Of a stretch of DNA of 64,000 nucleotides, positions 25,754 to 40,214 are shown in pieces (the stretch's first letter is position 1; every line of letters starts with the position of its first letter). Origin of the DNA: Octopus vulgaris (taxonomy: Eukaryota). The stretch is from positions 173,042,001 to 173,106,000 of the forward strand of contig OX597817.1 of NCBI GenBank assembly GCA_951406725.2. Reading direction: 5' to 3'. The notes beneath the pieces were generated by a model. That model was not told the origin of the DNA. It saw only the letters and a list, made by a program, of their open reading frames with translations, and made no database searches. Both the position numbers and the translations under genes were made by a program.

Positions 25754-26598
25754 TGAAGAGGAGGAGGAGAGAAGAGAAGGGAGAGGAGAAGAATGAGAAT
25801 GGTAAATTATGGGTATTAATCTCAAAAGATACTCTGGACTAAAGCACTTACATTAATTTAATATCAATGAGATAAGCTTTGCATACAGATAATTGTCCCA
25901 ATATTGCTGCCAGACATGGTTCTAAATATGAAAAAGAAGTATAGAATTTAAGTTCTTTCGCAAGTTTAATTAAAAACTAATTACATTTATAATCACTCTA
26001 TAATAACTGCTGTCAGATTTCATCTAATTTATGTCAAATGAACTACTTTGGATAACAACAAATAAAATAAAATATTTGCTATGCACCACATCTATCTTGG
26101 TCAACTCTTGTGGGTTAAAGGAACCATCAAAGATTACTGCAATAAATCTTCCCACTCTAGATTAAAGCTAACTTTTCCTTGAATATGTCAAAACTTCTAA
26201 CCTTATACATGAATGGCAAATTCTGTCTGTTTGTTACCACTTTGCTGCCTACACCCGTGAACCAATCTTGACAAAACTTTGCATACATGTTAAACTAACA
26301 TCCAGATGAATTATAGGCTGATTTGATTTCAATAAAAAATATATAATAGGCCCCCTAGTGGTGGTGATGGTGGTGGGGCTATTAGTTGATAAAATGAGAA
26401 GGCTGCAAGAGTGTTATTATGAGAGAAATATGGTGGCATATTGAGTGTGGCTGATATCAGGGAAGAGGAAATCAAAGTTGTGTAAGCAATAAATATGGAG
26501 TGGAAGTGGGATGATAACATTAATACAGCTGTCATTCAGGGATATACATATGATGCTGCATACATACTTTCGTAAATACATAGATACATGCATACATA

Positions 26599-26636
<38 letters not shown>

Positions 26637-26926
26637 GCACACACACACACGCACATACAAATAAATAACTTAAAAGATGCTGAGGAAGGGAAAGAATGGT
26701 GGGTGTGAGGAATACGTAGCTTTAAGGAGAGAGGGGTTAAGTTGGCAACAATTGTTCACAGGTGGCTTTTTCTTGAAGAATTTTTAGTCAAATGAATCGA
26801 CCCCGGTACTTATTTTTTGCAAACCTAGTACTTATTCTATCAGTCCCTTTTGCTGAATCACTAAGTTACAGGGATGTAAACACACCAACACTAATTGTTT
26901 AGTGGTAGTGAAAGACAAAGATATGA

Positions 26927-26957
<31 letters not shown>

Positions 26958-27102
26958 ACAGGTTTCTTTCAGTTTCTGTCTACCAAATCCACTCACAAGG
27001 CTTTGGTCAGTCTGAGGCTATAGTAGAAGACACTTGCTCAGGGTGTCAGTGGGACTGAGCCCAGAATCATGTGTTTGGGAAGCAAGCTTCTTACAACACA
27101 GC

Positions 27103-27139
<37 letters not shown>

Positions 27140-27361
27140 GTTTCCTTGCTTTGACTTTATGTAACAGTAGTAAAATAATGTCACTGACAAATAGACAGTG
27201 CCCTTCATTTCCAATTTTCCATGGAAACATGTCTGGCCAGAGGGACTATTATGCTACCAAGGAATGGGTGAGGGTTGGCGACAGGCTAGGCATCTGACTG
27301 CAGAAAATCCACAACAAATTCTGTCCAATCATTCAAGTATGGAAGAGTGGACATTATCATA

Positions 27362-27393
<32 letters not shown>

Positions 27394-27592
27394 CATTATT
27401 ATTAAGATGGTGAGCTGGCAGAATTGTTAACATGCTGGATGAAATGCTTAGCGGTATTTCACTCGTTGTTACGTTCTGAGTTCAAATTCCATCAAGGTCG
27501 ACTTTGCCTATCATTCTTTCAAGGTCGATGTGATCCCCTCCCCCAAAATTGCTGTCCTTGTGGCAAAATTTTAAACCATTATTATTATTGTT

Positions 27593-27624
<32 letters not shown>

Positions 27625-28149
27625 AAGAAGAAGAAGAAGAAGAAGAAGAAGAAGAAGAAGACGTTATCTACTGAATTACATACTCTCAACTAAAGCTCAC
27701 ATCTACAGAGAAAGCTATTCAAGTACAATGGATGTACTAAGATTGTGTCGTCTTATCCACAATGCATATATTTGAATAAATTTCAGGTAGGTTTTACAAA
27801 ACTGCTTATATCTTGAATTTTCCATAGTATTTTGATTTTTGTTTCATTTTGTTGTTTGTCTTCTTTTCTCCTTCTAAAAGTAAATGTATATGAAAATAAA
27901 GTCTAAACTGATGTGAAATCCACCGGGGTTCCTCAAAATAAATACCGATGCCTGTTGTGCATCTTTGACAAAATTGGAAATAATAATATCTATTTATAAG
28001 AACACTAAAATAATCTGTCAAAAATGACAAGGTAAAAGTAGAAACGTAGTCCTATGCAAGTATGAATATCACAGATATAACAACAATGTACAAAAGAAAG
28101 AACTGCATGCACTACGTGTTCAGATATACCATTAATACAGTAGTCATCC

Positions 28150-28620
28150 CTATCTTGCTCAGAACATTGACCTCCTGGAATCTGTCCAGAGACGTGCAAC
28201 CAAACGCATACCCTCCATCAGACACCTACCATATTCTGAGCGCCTTGTTTCCCTGGGCATGGATTCACTGAAGCTCCGGCGTCTGGCGACGGACTTGGTA
28301 AGCACCCACAAGGTTATCAACCACCTCACCAACAACAACACTGAACACCTTTTTGATCTCCATGTGTCTAACACACGTGGACATGCCTACAAAGTCAGAA
28401 AACAGCACAGCTCCCATGACTTTCGGAAACATTTTTTCACGCTCAGAGTTGCTGAAGCGTGGAATAAACTGCCTGCGTCAGTTGTTGACTGCCATGACAC
28501 TACATCCTTTAAGGCCCTCATGCTTCCCGAAATCCGTCGAAACTACACCTGATTATATATACACTTTAGATGAGTTGTAGTACACCTGAGCACTGTACAC
28601 AATTATTATTATTATTATTA
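28150..28620 (+). pseudogene. CR1-clade LINE ORF2 3' fragment, 5'-truncated, with (ATT)n tail
   Basis: IDLLESVQRRATKRIP..LPYSERL..LGMDSLKLRRL..DL..HK..TRGHAYK..RKHFFTLRVAEAWNKLP; frame open to the stop at 28552. Confidence 0.9.
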
Positions 28621-28771
28621 TATATTACATATATATATATATTACATATATATATATATTTCAACTGTTCTATACAGCTTATAAGGTATTGTCATTTGAA
28701 TAGATGGGATTTATTTTATAAAACAATGCTCAAGCATTGTCTTATGTAACAATGTTTCAACACTTACAATA

Positions 28772-28802
<31 letters not shown>

Positions 28803-29682
28803 ATATATATATATATACATATTTATATATACATCTATCGCTCTCGCTCTCTCTATCTATATATATATACACATACATATATATATATACATACATATAT
28901 ACACATACATACTAACATAAATATATATACACATATATACATACTAACACACACACATACATACATATATACTCACATACATTTATACACACATATATAT
29001 ATACACACACATATATATATACACACACACATATATATATATATTAATATATACAACTGGTTTCCTGCATAGCTACAGAATCAAATCTGAAAATCAAAAA
29101 TTCTCTCCACCCAACCTCTGTTCATGACTGATAAATCAAATTAAAAACAACCAATATACTTATTGACTTTATATGAAAATCTGGTCTATTTTGCATAATG
29201 TTCAGTTCAAGCAATCTAGCTTTTGCCACTTTCAAAGCTGTTTAGGCTAGAACTACACCTGTTTCTAGGAAAAAGATGTAGTACCCCCTCAAAAAAAAAA
29301 AATAATAATAATAATGTGAGATTATCAATGCCCTCAACACAAGTATATTTCAAATCTGTTAAATAGGATTGACGAGATGCAGGCATAGCTAATGTGGTTA
29401 AGACGTTTGCTTTGCAACCATGTAGTTTTGGGTTCAGTCCCACAATGTGGCAACTTCTACTAAAGCTCTAGACTAACCAGTACCCTGTGAGTAAATTTGG
29501 TAGATGGGAACTGTGCAGAACTCTGTGTGTGTTTGTCTCCACCACTTAGTTAATGGTTTTGCTTTATTTATATCTTTGTAACTTAGTGATTCGGCCAAAA
29601 AGATTGATAAAGCAAGTAAAAGAGTATAAGGTTCAATGAGTTCACCTCAAGATCCTGAGCACAGGATTCAGTCTTTGTTGTT

Positions 29683-30098
29683 ATGTGGTGATTTGTGTGC
29701 CTCAATGACCCTGAGAACTATGCCTGTGGAGTGCAAACTCCTGGTAGCACCTCACTCCCTACCATGCTGAATAGGTCAAAAGATAGAGGCCCCATCTAAT
29801 ATGGACCATCTCTTCTCAAAGGTAAAAAAAAAAACATCCCTACCTAGAAAAAAGCAAAGGTTCAGAAGCATCAATGATAATTCAAAACTGACAAGACCTG
29901 GGAACAAAAAACAAAAACCCACAAGGGAGGTAGTAAAGGGGAGACCCTAAAAATAGCTGGTGTTGGGATACTGAGGTAGAAGTGAAAAAGCAGGGATCAA
30001 ACAGGATGGAGCAGAAAAGACAGCCAAGGTCAAGAACAGTGGAGAAAAATCATTGATGGTCTTTGCTCCATGCAGAATGAAAGGCTTATGTAAGTAAG
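29683..30098 (+). mobile_element. Internally deleted RTE-like retroelement (5' UTR-like part joined to a 3' end)
   Basis: TCAATGACCCTGAGAACTATGCC...CCTGGTAG 5' motif; 3' end TTTGCTCC...GAAAGGC followed by (TAAG)n. Confidence 0.45.
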
Positions 30099-30760
30099 CG
30101 ACCTCAAGGCTTGCTTCCACAAAACTTGAACTCAAAGAAATTGTGGAGAGTCAACAGACAACATTACCCTCACGCCAGAAGAATATAAATGGATTGCAAT
30201 ATCTCTTCAGTGAACAATGATCAGATTTGAAATTCAATTATTGATGACTATTACCAGACTAAACGAAGCAATAGAGCAAATAGCGTTTAGACATTTCTTT
30301 GAGGAGATATGAAAACAATTAATCAGTCTACAATAGAGAAAAAGCATAAACATATATCTAGTGCCAATCATTTTGTCTACCTTTTACAAACTTTACAATT
30401 AAGCAGTCATCCCTGGCAACAAAATAGTAAATGATTCATTTGTAATATGCCGCATACTGTGGAAGGTTTTGTTAAGAGGAAATCTGATAACTTCTAAAGT
30501 TTGAAATAAAAGTGTTTGTATATACATCATCATCATCATCATCATCATTATTATCATTATCATTGTTTAACGATTGGCCTCCATGTTGGCATGGGTTGGA
30601 TGGTTTGGTATGGAGCTGTCCAGACTCCAACTGTCTGTTGTGGTGTGATTTCTACAGCTGGATGCCCTTCCTAATGCCAACCACTTAACAAAGTGTGCTG
30701 GGTGCTTTTTAGGTGTCACCATCATGGGTGTGTTAACGCAGCACCAGCACAGGTACTTTT

Positions 30761-31460
30761 TAAGTGGTATCAAAAAGTTCCCAAACTAGTACTGCAGTGC
30801 ACCAACAGATGGCAGCACACGGTTGCATGCACAGTGAGAACTAGCTGTGACTTTCATGAGGCAGTGTGCCAAGTGACATTACTGTGTTTTCTTCACAACT
30901 TGTGAAATTTGTGTTTTTGTGGTCACATGTATGTTGTAGTCTGATTTTGTCATGGAGAGAAACAAAGAGCCAACATAAAATTTGGTGTTAAACTCGGGAA
31001 GTCTGTTACAGAAACATTGAGCATGTTTTGGCAAGCTTACAACCACACATCAATGGGTCGTAAGAAATGTTTCGAGTGGCACAGGTGCTTCAAAAGTGGA
31101 ACACAATGAGTGATCTGGAAGAGCTTCCATGAGTGTCACCCCCAGAAATGTGGTACTGTGCATCAAGAATTCGTTCCCAAAAGACAGACCATCAATCAAC
31201 AGTTCTACTGAAATGTTTTAAAGAATTTGAGGGAGGACATTCAGTGGAAGTGACCAGATCTGTGGAGCACAAAGAACTGGATTCTTCACTGAGCTCACCA
31301 AAAACAACATGATATCACTTCCACACCCATCTTATTTGGACTTCCATCTCTTCCTCAAGATGAAAATGCAGCTCCTAAGTTGCCATTTTAACCTCATTGT
31401 TGAGATCCAGAACATATAACAGGAAGTCCTCAACTTGCTTACAGAAAACGACTTCCATAG
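30761..31460 (+). pseudogene. Degenerate, internally deleted mariner transposon
   Basis: ANIKFGVKLGKSVTETLSM..QAY; CFEWHRCFKSG; VHQEFVP..QTINQQFY; PDLW..KNWILH; HP.Y..DFHLF.KMK. Confidence 0.85.
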
Positions 31461-33350
31461 AAAATGAATTCTATAGAAAATGAATTCTATGGCTAGACCA
31501 AGAATGAGATGATTGGATGATATCCAGTCTCAATTCATCACAATGGGAATACAGCCATAAAGTCTGATGTCAGTTGTTTCCAGTAGGACCCTATGAAGTG
31601 GGTGCTTGAGGACTCAACCCCAACAACCCTCCAAGGATAGCAGGCAGAGAAGATAAATGGATGGATGGATGATAAAAGAGCAGAAGTTACATAATCACTT
31701 TCATCACCTTACGGATGTTTCAGTTGTAAGAAACCAGGCATCCACTTTGAGTACCATTGTGACATCTTGCAGATTCATCAGAACCGTTTGAATAGCTCTG
31801 AGAAAGCTATATGCTGGTCCTGGTTTCAATCCTGGACTCCAGCAGCTCAAAGAAATGTCTTCTACTATAGCTACAGTTTGAATCATGCCTTGTGTTTGTA
31901 TATGCTCATCGTTAGTAGACTTAAACCATTACCTTTCTTCATACCACTATATGGTCCTTAAATACCTTTAGTAGAGCCCACTGTGTCACAAGCATTCAAG
32001 TTATGTTTTCAGACTAAAGACATCTTGGTCTTTAACCTTTTGTTATCATATTTCTGCAAAACTATCCAGCCTTTGTTTCAATTCATTTTGAAAACAATAA
32101 CGTGTGATTGATGCTTTGTTATTTAGCACCACTGGAACTATTTCGATAGCACTAAACATAATACAGAGATGGAATTGTCCTTTAGCAAGCATACTTCTAA
32201 AAGAGAGATGAAAAAATCATTTTAAAAAATGAATACAAAGGGACAATATCACTTGTTACTTTAAACTTAACAAGCCATAAATGAGGTTATTGCAAAGAAA
32301 ATATGTTATAAGGTGAAAGTTCAGGTAGAAAATTATGGAACAGATGTGAGTAAATGGACAAAGTTGCTGGCAATTTGATTATTATTTCCAACAGATATAA
32401 ACAAAAACCTCTTTGATGGTTATTAATACAAGAGCGAAACTTATAATTCACTAATAGATTTCATGACAGATATCAACTATAAACTAGCAATCTAAAATAG
32501 GAATCAATATCTCAGATGGTACAGTATTTCTGTGACATTTAAGCATTTCTGAAGCAAGCGTTCATTACTGGACACTTTAGTAGGAAATGGTACAGGATTC
32601 AAAAGTCAAAATTATAAACTTTATCACAGACTGTACCCTTAATGTGAATTAACATTACTAGCTTCAGTCAGTTTGAAAATAAGAATCAACTTCAGTTTGA
32701 CAAATGAGTGGTTGACATTAAAATGAGCATATATTGTAAAATATGTCAGCAATTTGAAGAAATATATCAATTTGTAGAACCTTGATTCCAGTGAAAGCAT
32801 GGAAAACTGGATGAAAACATGTAACAGGTATCCATTTTTACAACCTTTCATAACTTTTGAATTTTTGAAATCATCATCATCATCATTGTTTTTTGACATC
32901 CACTATTCCATGCTTTCATGAGTCAAACAGAATTCAGCGAGGGAGATGTTTTGTGGTTAGATGCCCTTCCTGTTACCAATGCTTACTTGTTTCCAAGTAA
33001 GGTAAAATTTCTCAATGGTTAGGCATGATTTTCAAATGGTAAGTTGGAAACAAAGAATAGTCATTTACAAACATCACATGATGCTAAGACAAAGAAGACA
33101 CATACTTTGTGAGTGTGTGTATGTGTGTGTATGAGTGTGTATGTGTACACATACACATGACAGTCTTCCTTAACTCTCCTACCCAATCCAAGAAAGGCTT
33201 TGATCAGCTCAATTTACAAAAGACACTTGCCCAGTGTGCCATGCAGTGGGACTGAACCTGAAACCACATGGTTGGGAAGCAAACTTCTTAACCACATAAC
33301 TAAGACTGCATCTATTCTTAACAACACAGCTGCCTGACATATTTGTTTAA

Positions 33351-33570
33351 CCCTTTCGTTACCAACCCGGCTGAAACCACCTCTGGCTCTGAGTACAAAT
33401 GTCTTGTTTTCATAAGTTTGGAATAAAAATCTTCCACCAAACCTTAGTCACAATTTATGTTACTAACACTAGCTTCATGATAACTAAGCTATTTTACGAA
33501 ATTCTTTGTTATATTTAAAGTAACTGACAGAAACACAGAGCATCTCAAAATAAATACAGTAATGAAAGGG
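33351..33570. mobile_element. piggyBac-like MITE, intact
   Basis: TTAA|CCCTTTCGTTAC...GTAATGAAAGGG|TTAA. Confidence 0.9.
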
Positions 33571-34202
33571 TTAAATTTATAAATCAAGCAAGAGATGATT
33601 TCAATTTCTTATTCTTAATTCTACACTTATAAAGATGCCCTGTGCATACATACTTTTATGTACGACCTGTCTTTCTGCTGTCCATCATTTTACAAGTTGC
33701 TCTTTGACCATTTAAAAAAATATAGTGTAAAACTCTCTTCAGTCATGAATGATCATGGTATTGCACTCAGAAAGTTACCTTCCAAGGTACAAGTCCAGGC
33801 AAAGTTGTTTATGGAAGACCTGCAGTCAACCATGCATACCATGTCATTTCTGCTGCTGAGTGAACTGGAGCAACATGAAATAAAGTGACTTGCTCAAGAA
33901 CACAACACACAGCCTAGTCCAGGAATTGAACTCCCTACCTCATGATTGTGAGCCGATGCTCTAATTACTGAGCCAAGTCACAAATTCCTCACCTTTGAAC
34001 ACTGTTGGGGAAATACACAGTGTGGGCCATCTATTATGTAAGCCTGTTCAACAATGGCTCTGATAATGTCTAACAGACTCAACTTCGACTATTTCCTTAA
34101 ATTCAAAACTAACTTCCTTATAATAACTTCAGAACAGTCCAAAATTATTGGATTATAAATAGCTTTAATCACAGATTTAGCAAAGATTTTTTCAGAGCTA
34201 TA

Positions 34203-34605
34203 GGCGCAGGAGTGGCTTTGTGGTAAGTAGCTTGCTTACCAACCACATGGTTCCGGGTTCAGTCCCACTACATGGCACTTTGGGCAAGTGTCTTCTACTA
34301 TAGCCTCGGGCCGCCCAAAGCCTTGTGAGTGAATTTTGGTAGACAGAAACTGAAAGAAGCCTGTCATATATATGTATATATGTGTGTGTGTGTTTGTGTG
34401 TCCATGTTGCCCCCCTCCCAACATCGCTTAAAAACCAATGCTGGTGTGTTTACGTCCCCATAACTTAGTGGTTCAGCAAAAGAGACTGATAGAATAAGTA
34501 CTAGGCTTATGAAGAATAAGTCCTGGGGTCGATTTGCTCGACTAAAGGCAGTGCTCCAGCATGGCCGCAGTCAAATGACTGAAACAAGTAAAAGAGTAAA
34601 AGAGA
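34203..34605 (+). mobile_element. SINE family B, full length
   Basis: Canonical head, body and tail. Confidence 0.85.
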
Positions 34606-34648
34606 GCTAATTAAATGACTGAGATCCATTTCTCTCTGAAATTAAAGC

Positions 34649-35333
34649 TTAATTCTTTTTGTTACCAATCATCCTCAGACTAACCTTGATTCACTGATGC
34701 AAACTCCTTTCTAATCCAAATTAAAACCATCCATCAAATTTTGTGTTAATTTATACTCCAAACACAAGATTAATAATGACGATATTATTTAAATATTAAC
34801 TTTTTCATTATCTTTAAAATTAGTTGAAACAAAGACATTGCATTCAACAGAAATATTATAACAAAAGGTCGGAATAATCTAAATTAAAAGTTTCCAATAA
34901 AATTTCATGTTAATTTATGTTCCAAACACCAACTTATTAATGTCAAAATTATTTAACGAACTTCATTATTTTCAAAATTAATTGCAACAAAGACTGTATT
35001 TCAACAGAAATATATAGCAACAAAAGGGTCAAAATGATTTAAATTAAAACCATCCATCAAAATTTCACGTTAATTTGTATTCCAAACACCATCTTAATAA
35101 TGAAGTTATTTTACTAATTACTCTTTTACTTGTTTCAGTCATTTGACTGCGGCCATGCTGGAGCACCACCTTTAGTCAAGCAAATCGACTCCAGGACTTA
35201 TTCTTTGTAAGCCTAGTACTTATTCTATCGGTCTCTTTTGCCGAACTGCTAAGTTACGGGGACGTAAACACACCAGCATCAGTTGTCAAGCGATATTAGG
35301 GGAACAAACACAGGCACTCAAACATATACACAC

Positions 35334-35375
<42 letters not shown>

Positions 35376-36415
35376 GAGCAAACCCCACCCCCATCCAATG
35401 GATGGTGCTAAGTTGTCAAACATTTAAACCAAATTTCCTCAAAACAACTTGTCCAACCTTTGAGAAACACTGATTTAACCTAAATTTGAGACACCAGCAA
35501 AAGAAATAAAAATAGACTTGTTTTCTATTCCAAAGAAAAACGATTTTATTCACACAAATATGCAACTGAAGAGTTTAAAGTACCAGTAATGATAAGGCTG
35601 TTGACTGGGAGAATACAAATTGATCGCATTCTCACCTGGAATCAATTTTTGTAATTTTTTCAAGACTTATACACGCCCTGATACCATCGGTATCTACATA
35701 TCAAATTTGAGCATAATCGGATAAAGGATGCTCAAGATCCTAGAAGACACACAGACAGACAGAACAGATTTTATATAATAGATATACGACGGGTTTCTTT
35801 CAGTTTCTGTCTCCCAAATCCACTCACAAGGCTTTGGTCAGCCTGTGGCTATAGTAGAAGACACTTGCCCAAGGTACCACGCAGTGGGAATGAACCCGGA
35901 ACCATGTGGTTGGTAAGCAAGCTACTTACCACACAGCCACTCCTGTGCCTTTTTCATTATTTTCAAAATTAATTGAAACAAAAGCAAAATCGGAATCGAA
36001 ATTGAACCAATCCTATGACTGGCACCTGGCAGATACCAGGACCCCTGGACTGGAGATACATAAAAAGCACTATCCGAATCGTGGCCGATGCCAGCGCCGC
36101 CTCGACTGGCTTCCGTGTCGGTGGCACGTAAAATGCACCAATCCGCCCATAGCCGATGCCAGCCTCGCCAGGCACCAGTGCAGGTGGCACGTAAAAAGCA
36201 CCCACTACACTCTCGGAGTGGTTGGCGTTAGGAAGGGCATCCAGCTGTAGAAACTTTGCCAGATAAGACCGGAGCCTGGTGCAGCCTTCTGGCTTCCCAG
36301 ATCCCCGGTCGAACCGTCCAACCCATGCTAGCATGGAGAACGGACGTTAAACGATGATGATGATGATGATGAAAAGCAGTCTATTTCAACAGAAATACGG
36401 TAACTAAAGAGTTAA
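34649..36415. mobile_element. Nested cluster: tandemly repeated TTAA-MITE interior containing SINE B (35121-35949, -), a Helitron fragment (~35375-35783, -) and SINE D (~35990-36372, +)
   Basis: MITE interior is repeated about three times and resumes after each insertion; Helitron 5' end A|TCTATTATATAA on the minus strand. Confidence 0.65.
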
Positions 36416-36719
36416 ACTATTTACAACAAATGAAATAAAATCTGACTCTAGACACCATCAAAATTAATATTTAATTTGTTTGACTTTATGTACATTCCAC
36501 CTATGAAGTAGTATTGTTAACAGGAGACTAATAAAGTTGGATTATCTTAGAGTATATAATGTCGAGTTAATAAAAAATTTAACTATTTCAGTCAGATTTC
36601 ATCAATCATCATAATTAGGATGAGTGATGTAATAACCTCAACAGGAATTAAACCAAAGCTGATGTAAACATTAGCAGTTTCATTGGTCTAATACTCACTT
36701 GACCATACTGGTATGGATT

Positions 36720-37027
36720 GTGGAGGCACATGGCCTAGTGGTTAGAGCAGTGGACTCGCAGTCGAGAGATCGCGGGTTTGAATCTCAGACCATGCGATGT
36801 GTGTGTTTATGAGCGAAACACCTAAGCTCCACGCGGCTCTGGCAGAAGGTAATGGCGAACTTCTGCTGACTCTTTCGCCACAACTTTCTCTCACTCTTTC
36901 CTCATGCATCTTGCAGCTCACCTGCGACGGACCGGCGTCCCATCCAGGTGGGGAACCTATACACCAAGGAAACTGGGAAACTGGCCCTTATGAGCCATTC
37001 ATGGCTCGAGAAGGAACAAACAAACAA
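36720..37027 (+). mobile_element. SINE family C variant with (AAAC)n tail
   Basis: Same tRNA head as 743; different 3' tail. Confidence 0.75.
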
Positions 37028-37969
37028 ATGCATACACAAGATGGGCTTCTTTCAGTTTTTGTCAACCAAATCTACTCAAGGTTTTGGCCAGCTCAGGGCT
37101 TTAGAAGAAGACAGTTATTTCCTCCGCCAAGGAAAGGGGTTATGTTTTCATTGGCTTTGGTTTGTCCGTCTGTCCGTCTGTGTGCAAAATAACTCAAAAA
37201 GTTGTGAACAGTATTTGATGAACCTTGCAGGAAAAGTTGGCAATGACAAAAGGAACAGATGATGAAATTTTGGTAGTGATCCAGGAATTTTTATAGATTC
37301 TTGAAGGATTTTTCATTTGTTATATTTACTTTACATGAAGTATTACAATGTTATGTTCTTTGAATATCTCCCTTGAAAACACGTTCATCGTTTACACATA
37401 ACCTATGGTGGTGTTGTTGTTTCTAAAGTTTATTTTTGTTTATCTATTAGTAATTTTACTCATGTATCTATCTTGAAATTAGTTGCTTGGCAGAGTTCTG
37501 CAGAGGATGACATGAGAAGCCTTGACTATTGGGATGATTCCTGTGTTTAAAGGGGGTTTTTTTTGTATCATATGGCTATGTTATTTTTTTTTTACCCCTG
37601 CCAAGGAGGTTATGTTTTTGCGAGTGTTGCTGACTCAGAGATTTTGTGATTGATGAATAACAAATCATTGATACTTCAATCTGAAGACTGACACAGTTAG
37701 CTGTGGCTCGTTTTTCTAATAACTGACAAAATGGATTAAAAATCACAAAATTATTAAAATATCTTAGCAGGGACTGAAATAATTGGTTCTGTTTTGTTGT
37801 TTTTTCTTTATAGTGTGTGTGTGTATGTGTGTGCGTGTGTGTGTGCACGTGCATGCATGCATGCCTATATGCAATTTAATCATGTGTAACAGTGTGTAAA
37901 GATGGAGAATTTTAGCTTTTACACAGCAAACAAATCTTGATGGCAAATCACTGAAATGACTATCATAAC

Positions 37970-38262
37970 TGCCATCATCATCACCATCATCACCACCACC
38001 ACCACCACCACCACCACCACTACCACCACTACTGCTGCCACCACCACTGCAACCACCACCACTGCAACCACCACCACCACCACCACCACCACCACAACCA
38101 CCACCACTGCAACCATCACCACCACCACTGCAACCACCACCATCACCACCACTGCAACCACCACTGCAACCACCACCACCACCACTGCAACCACCACCAC
38201 ACCACCACTGCAACCACCACCACCACCACCACCACCACCACTGCAACCACAACCACCACCTC
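37970..38262. repeat. (CAC)n / CACTGCAAC triplet-repeat tract
   Basis: Directly visible. Confidence 0.9.
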
Positions 38263-38867
38263 CAAAATGAAACTGTGATGTGATGCATTATAAAAGCATA
38301 TCATCCACAAAGATGTCAATTGATAATTTTGAATCAATTTCTTTAACATTAGTAATGCCCTTAGTAATACACATGACTATCATAATGAGTGTAGGGCATT
38401 TACCCCACCCCCACATGGACAATTACCCCTGAGGACAATAGATGATGATTTAAAACTTCTCAATATATATATATAAGATTCAGCAAGCCAAGCGAGACCA
38501 TAACTTTGTGGCCTATGCCCCTGGCATAGGTCACGAAGTTATGGTCTCGCTTGGTCAAGTACTAGTTCAATGGTATTGACTAAAATCCACTCTCCTAAAA
38601 TTACTGGTCTTGTGCCAAAAGTTGAAACCATTCTGGCAGAATTGTGGCATTTTGGCTGTCTTTACTTTCAGAGTTCAAATTCCATCAATTTTGCCTTTCA
38701 TTCATTCAGGGTTGATAGATTAAGTAGCAGTTGAGTACGGGGGTCGATATAATCGATCATGCCCCTCCTCCAAATTTCAGGCCTTGTGCCTATAGTAGAA
38801 AGGATTATTATCATCATCATTATTATTATCATTATTATTATCATCGTCGTCATCATCATCATCATTA

Positions 38868-39282
38868 GGATCTTTTCGGTTTGAACAGCAGCTTTTTAAA
38901 AATAATTTCCACGTAACTAACCACTTTTAAACTTCGTATACTGGTAGAATGTGTTTATAAAACATCTTTTTCTCTTGGCTTTATTGAGAAAATTCTATAG
39001 TTTGTAAGATATTTGTTGTTCTTTTTTCTTCAATTTCTGCAATTTCAACTAATCACTGGCACTGAGGTAAAAAACATTCTGTGCCATATGAATATGTCCC
39101 TCGTTTAAGAAACAGATTGGGTTTATTCACATTTCTGAAGAAAAAAAGAAACCCTTTCCCCCACCCTTAACCCTAATCCTAAAACAGATTGAAATGCAAT
39201 AGATCGATACTAGGGTCATAATTATGGGTGACAATTTCATATGACACCGCTAGAAAAACTGCCATTCAAACTGAAAAGATCC
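38868..39282. mobile_element. PIF/Harbinger-like MITE
   Basis: TTA|GGATCTTTTCGGTTTGAA...TTCAAACTGAAAAGATCC|TTA (TIRs plus a TTA TSD). Confidence 0.75.
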
Positions 39283-39469
39283 TTATTATCATTATCATTA
39301 TTATCATCATCATCATTATAATTATTATTATCATTATTATCATCATCATCATTATCATCATTATCATTATTATCATTATTATTACTATTATTATTACTTA
39401 TTATTATTATTATACTGAAGGCAGCGAGCTAGCAGAATCATTAGCACACTGGATGGGATGCTTAGCAGT

Positions 39470-39856
39470 GTGGAAGCACTCCGTCGGTTATGACGATGAG
39501 GGTTCTGGTTGATCCGAATCAACGGAACAGCCTGCTCGTGAAATTAACGTGTAAGTGGCTGAGCACTCCACAGACACGTGCACCCTTAACGTAGTTCTCA
39601 GGGATATTCAGCATGACACAGAGAGTGACAAGGCCGGCCCCTTGAAATACAGGTACAACAGAAACAGGAAGTAAGAGTGAGAGAAAGTTGTGGTGAAAGA
39701 GTACAGCAGGGATCACCACCACACCCTGCCAGAGCCTCATGGAGCTTTTAGGTGTTTTCGCTCAATAAACACTCACAACGCCTGGTCTGGGAATCGAAAC
39801 CGCGATCCTATGACCGCGAGTCTGCTGCCCTAACCACTGGGCCATTGCGCCTCCAC
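39470..39856 (-). mobile_element. SINE family C with 11-bp TSD, nested in the head of a SINE A copy (~39417-40030, +)
   Basis: TGCTTAGCAGT at 39459-39469 and 39857-39867. Confidence 0.85.
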
Positions 39857-40214
39857 TGCTTAGCAGTATTTCACCTGTCACTACAATCTGAGTTCAAATT
39901 CCATTGAGGTTGACTTTGCCTTTCATCCTTTTGGGATCGATAAAATAAGTACCAATTGAACTCTGGGGTCAATGTAATCGACTCATCCCCACTGCCTAAG
40001 AGCTGTCCTTGTGGCAAAAATTTGAAATTATTATTATTATTATACTTCCAGTTGGAAGGCTAAAATGTCGGTGGAAGCATGACAGGTATTTTTATTATCA
40101 AAACTACCGTCTTCATTGATATTATTGTTTCAAAGGGAACCCAAGACAATAGTCTTTGTCCCCAGAAAAAAGAATTAAATAATATTTGGTCTTTGTGCCC
40201 AAATATTAGTATTC

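Noticed and set aside
32778-32827. Possible 50-nt plus-strand exon (TTTGTAG|...ACAG|GTATCC)
   Set aside because: Such signals are frequent by chance; no homology support
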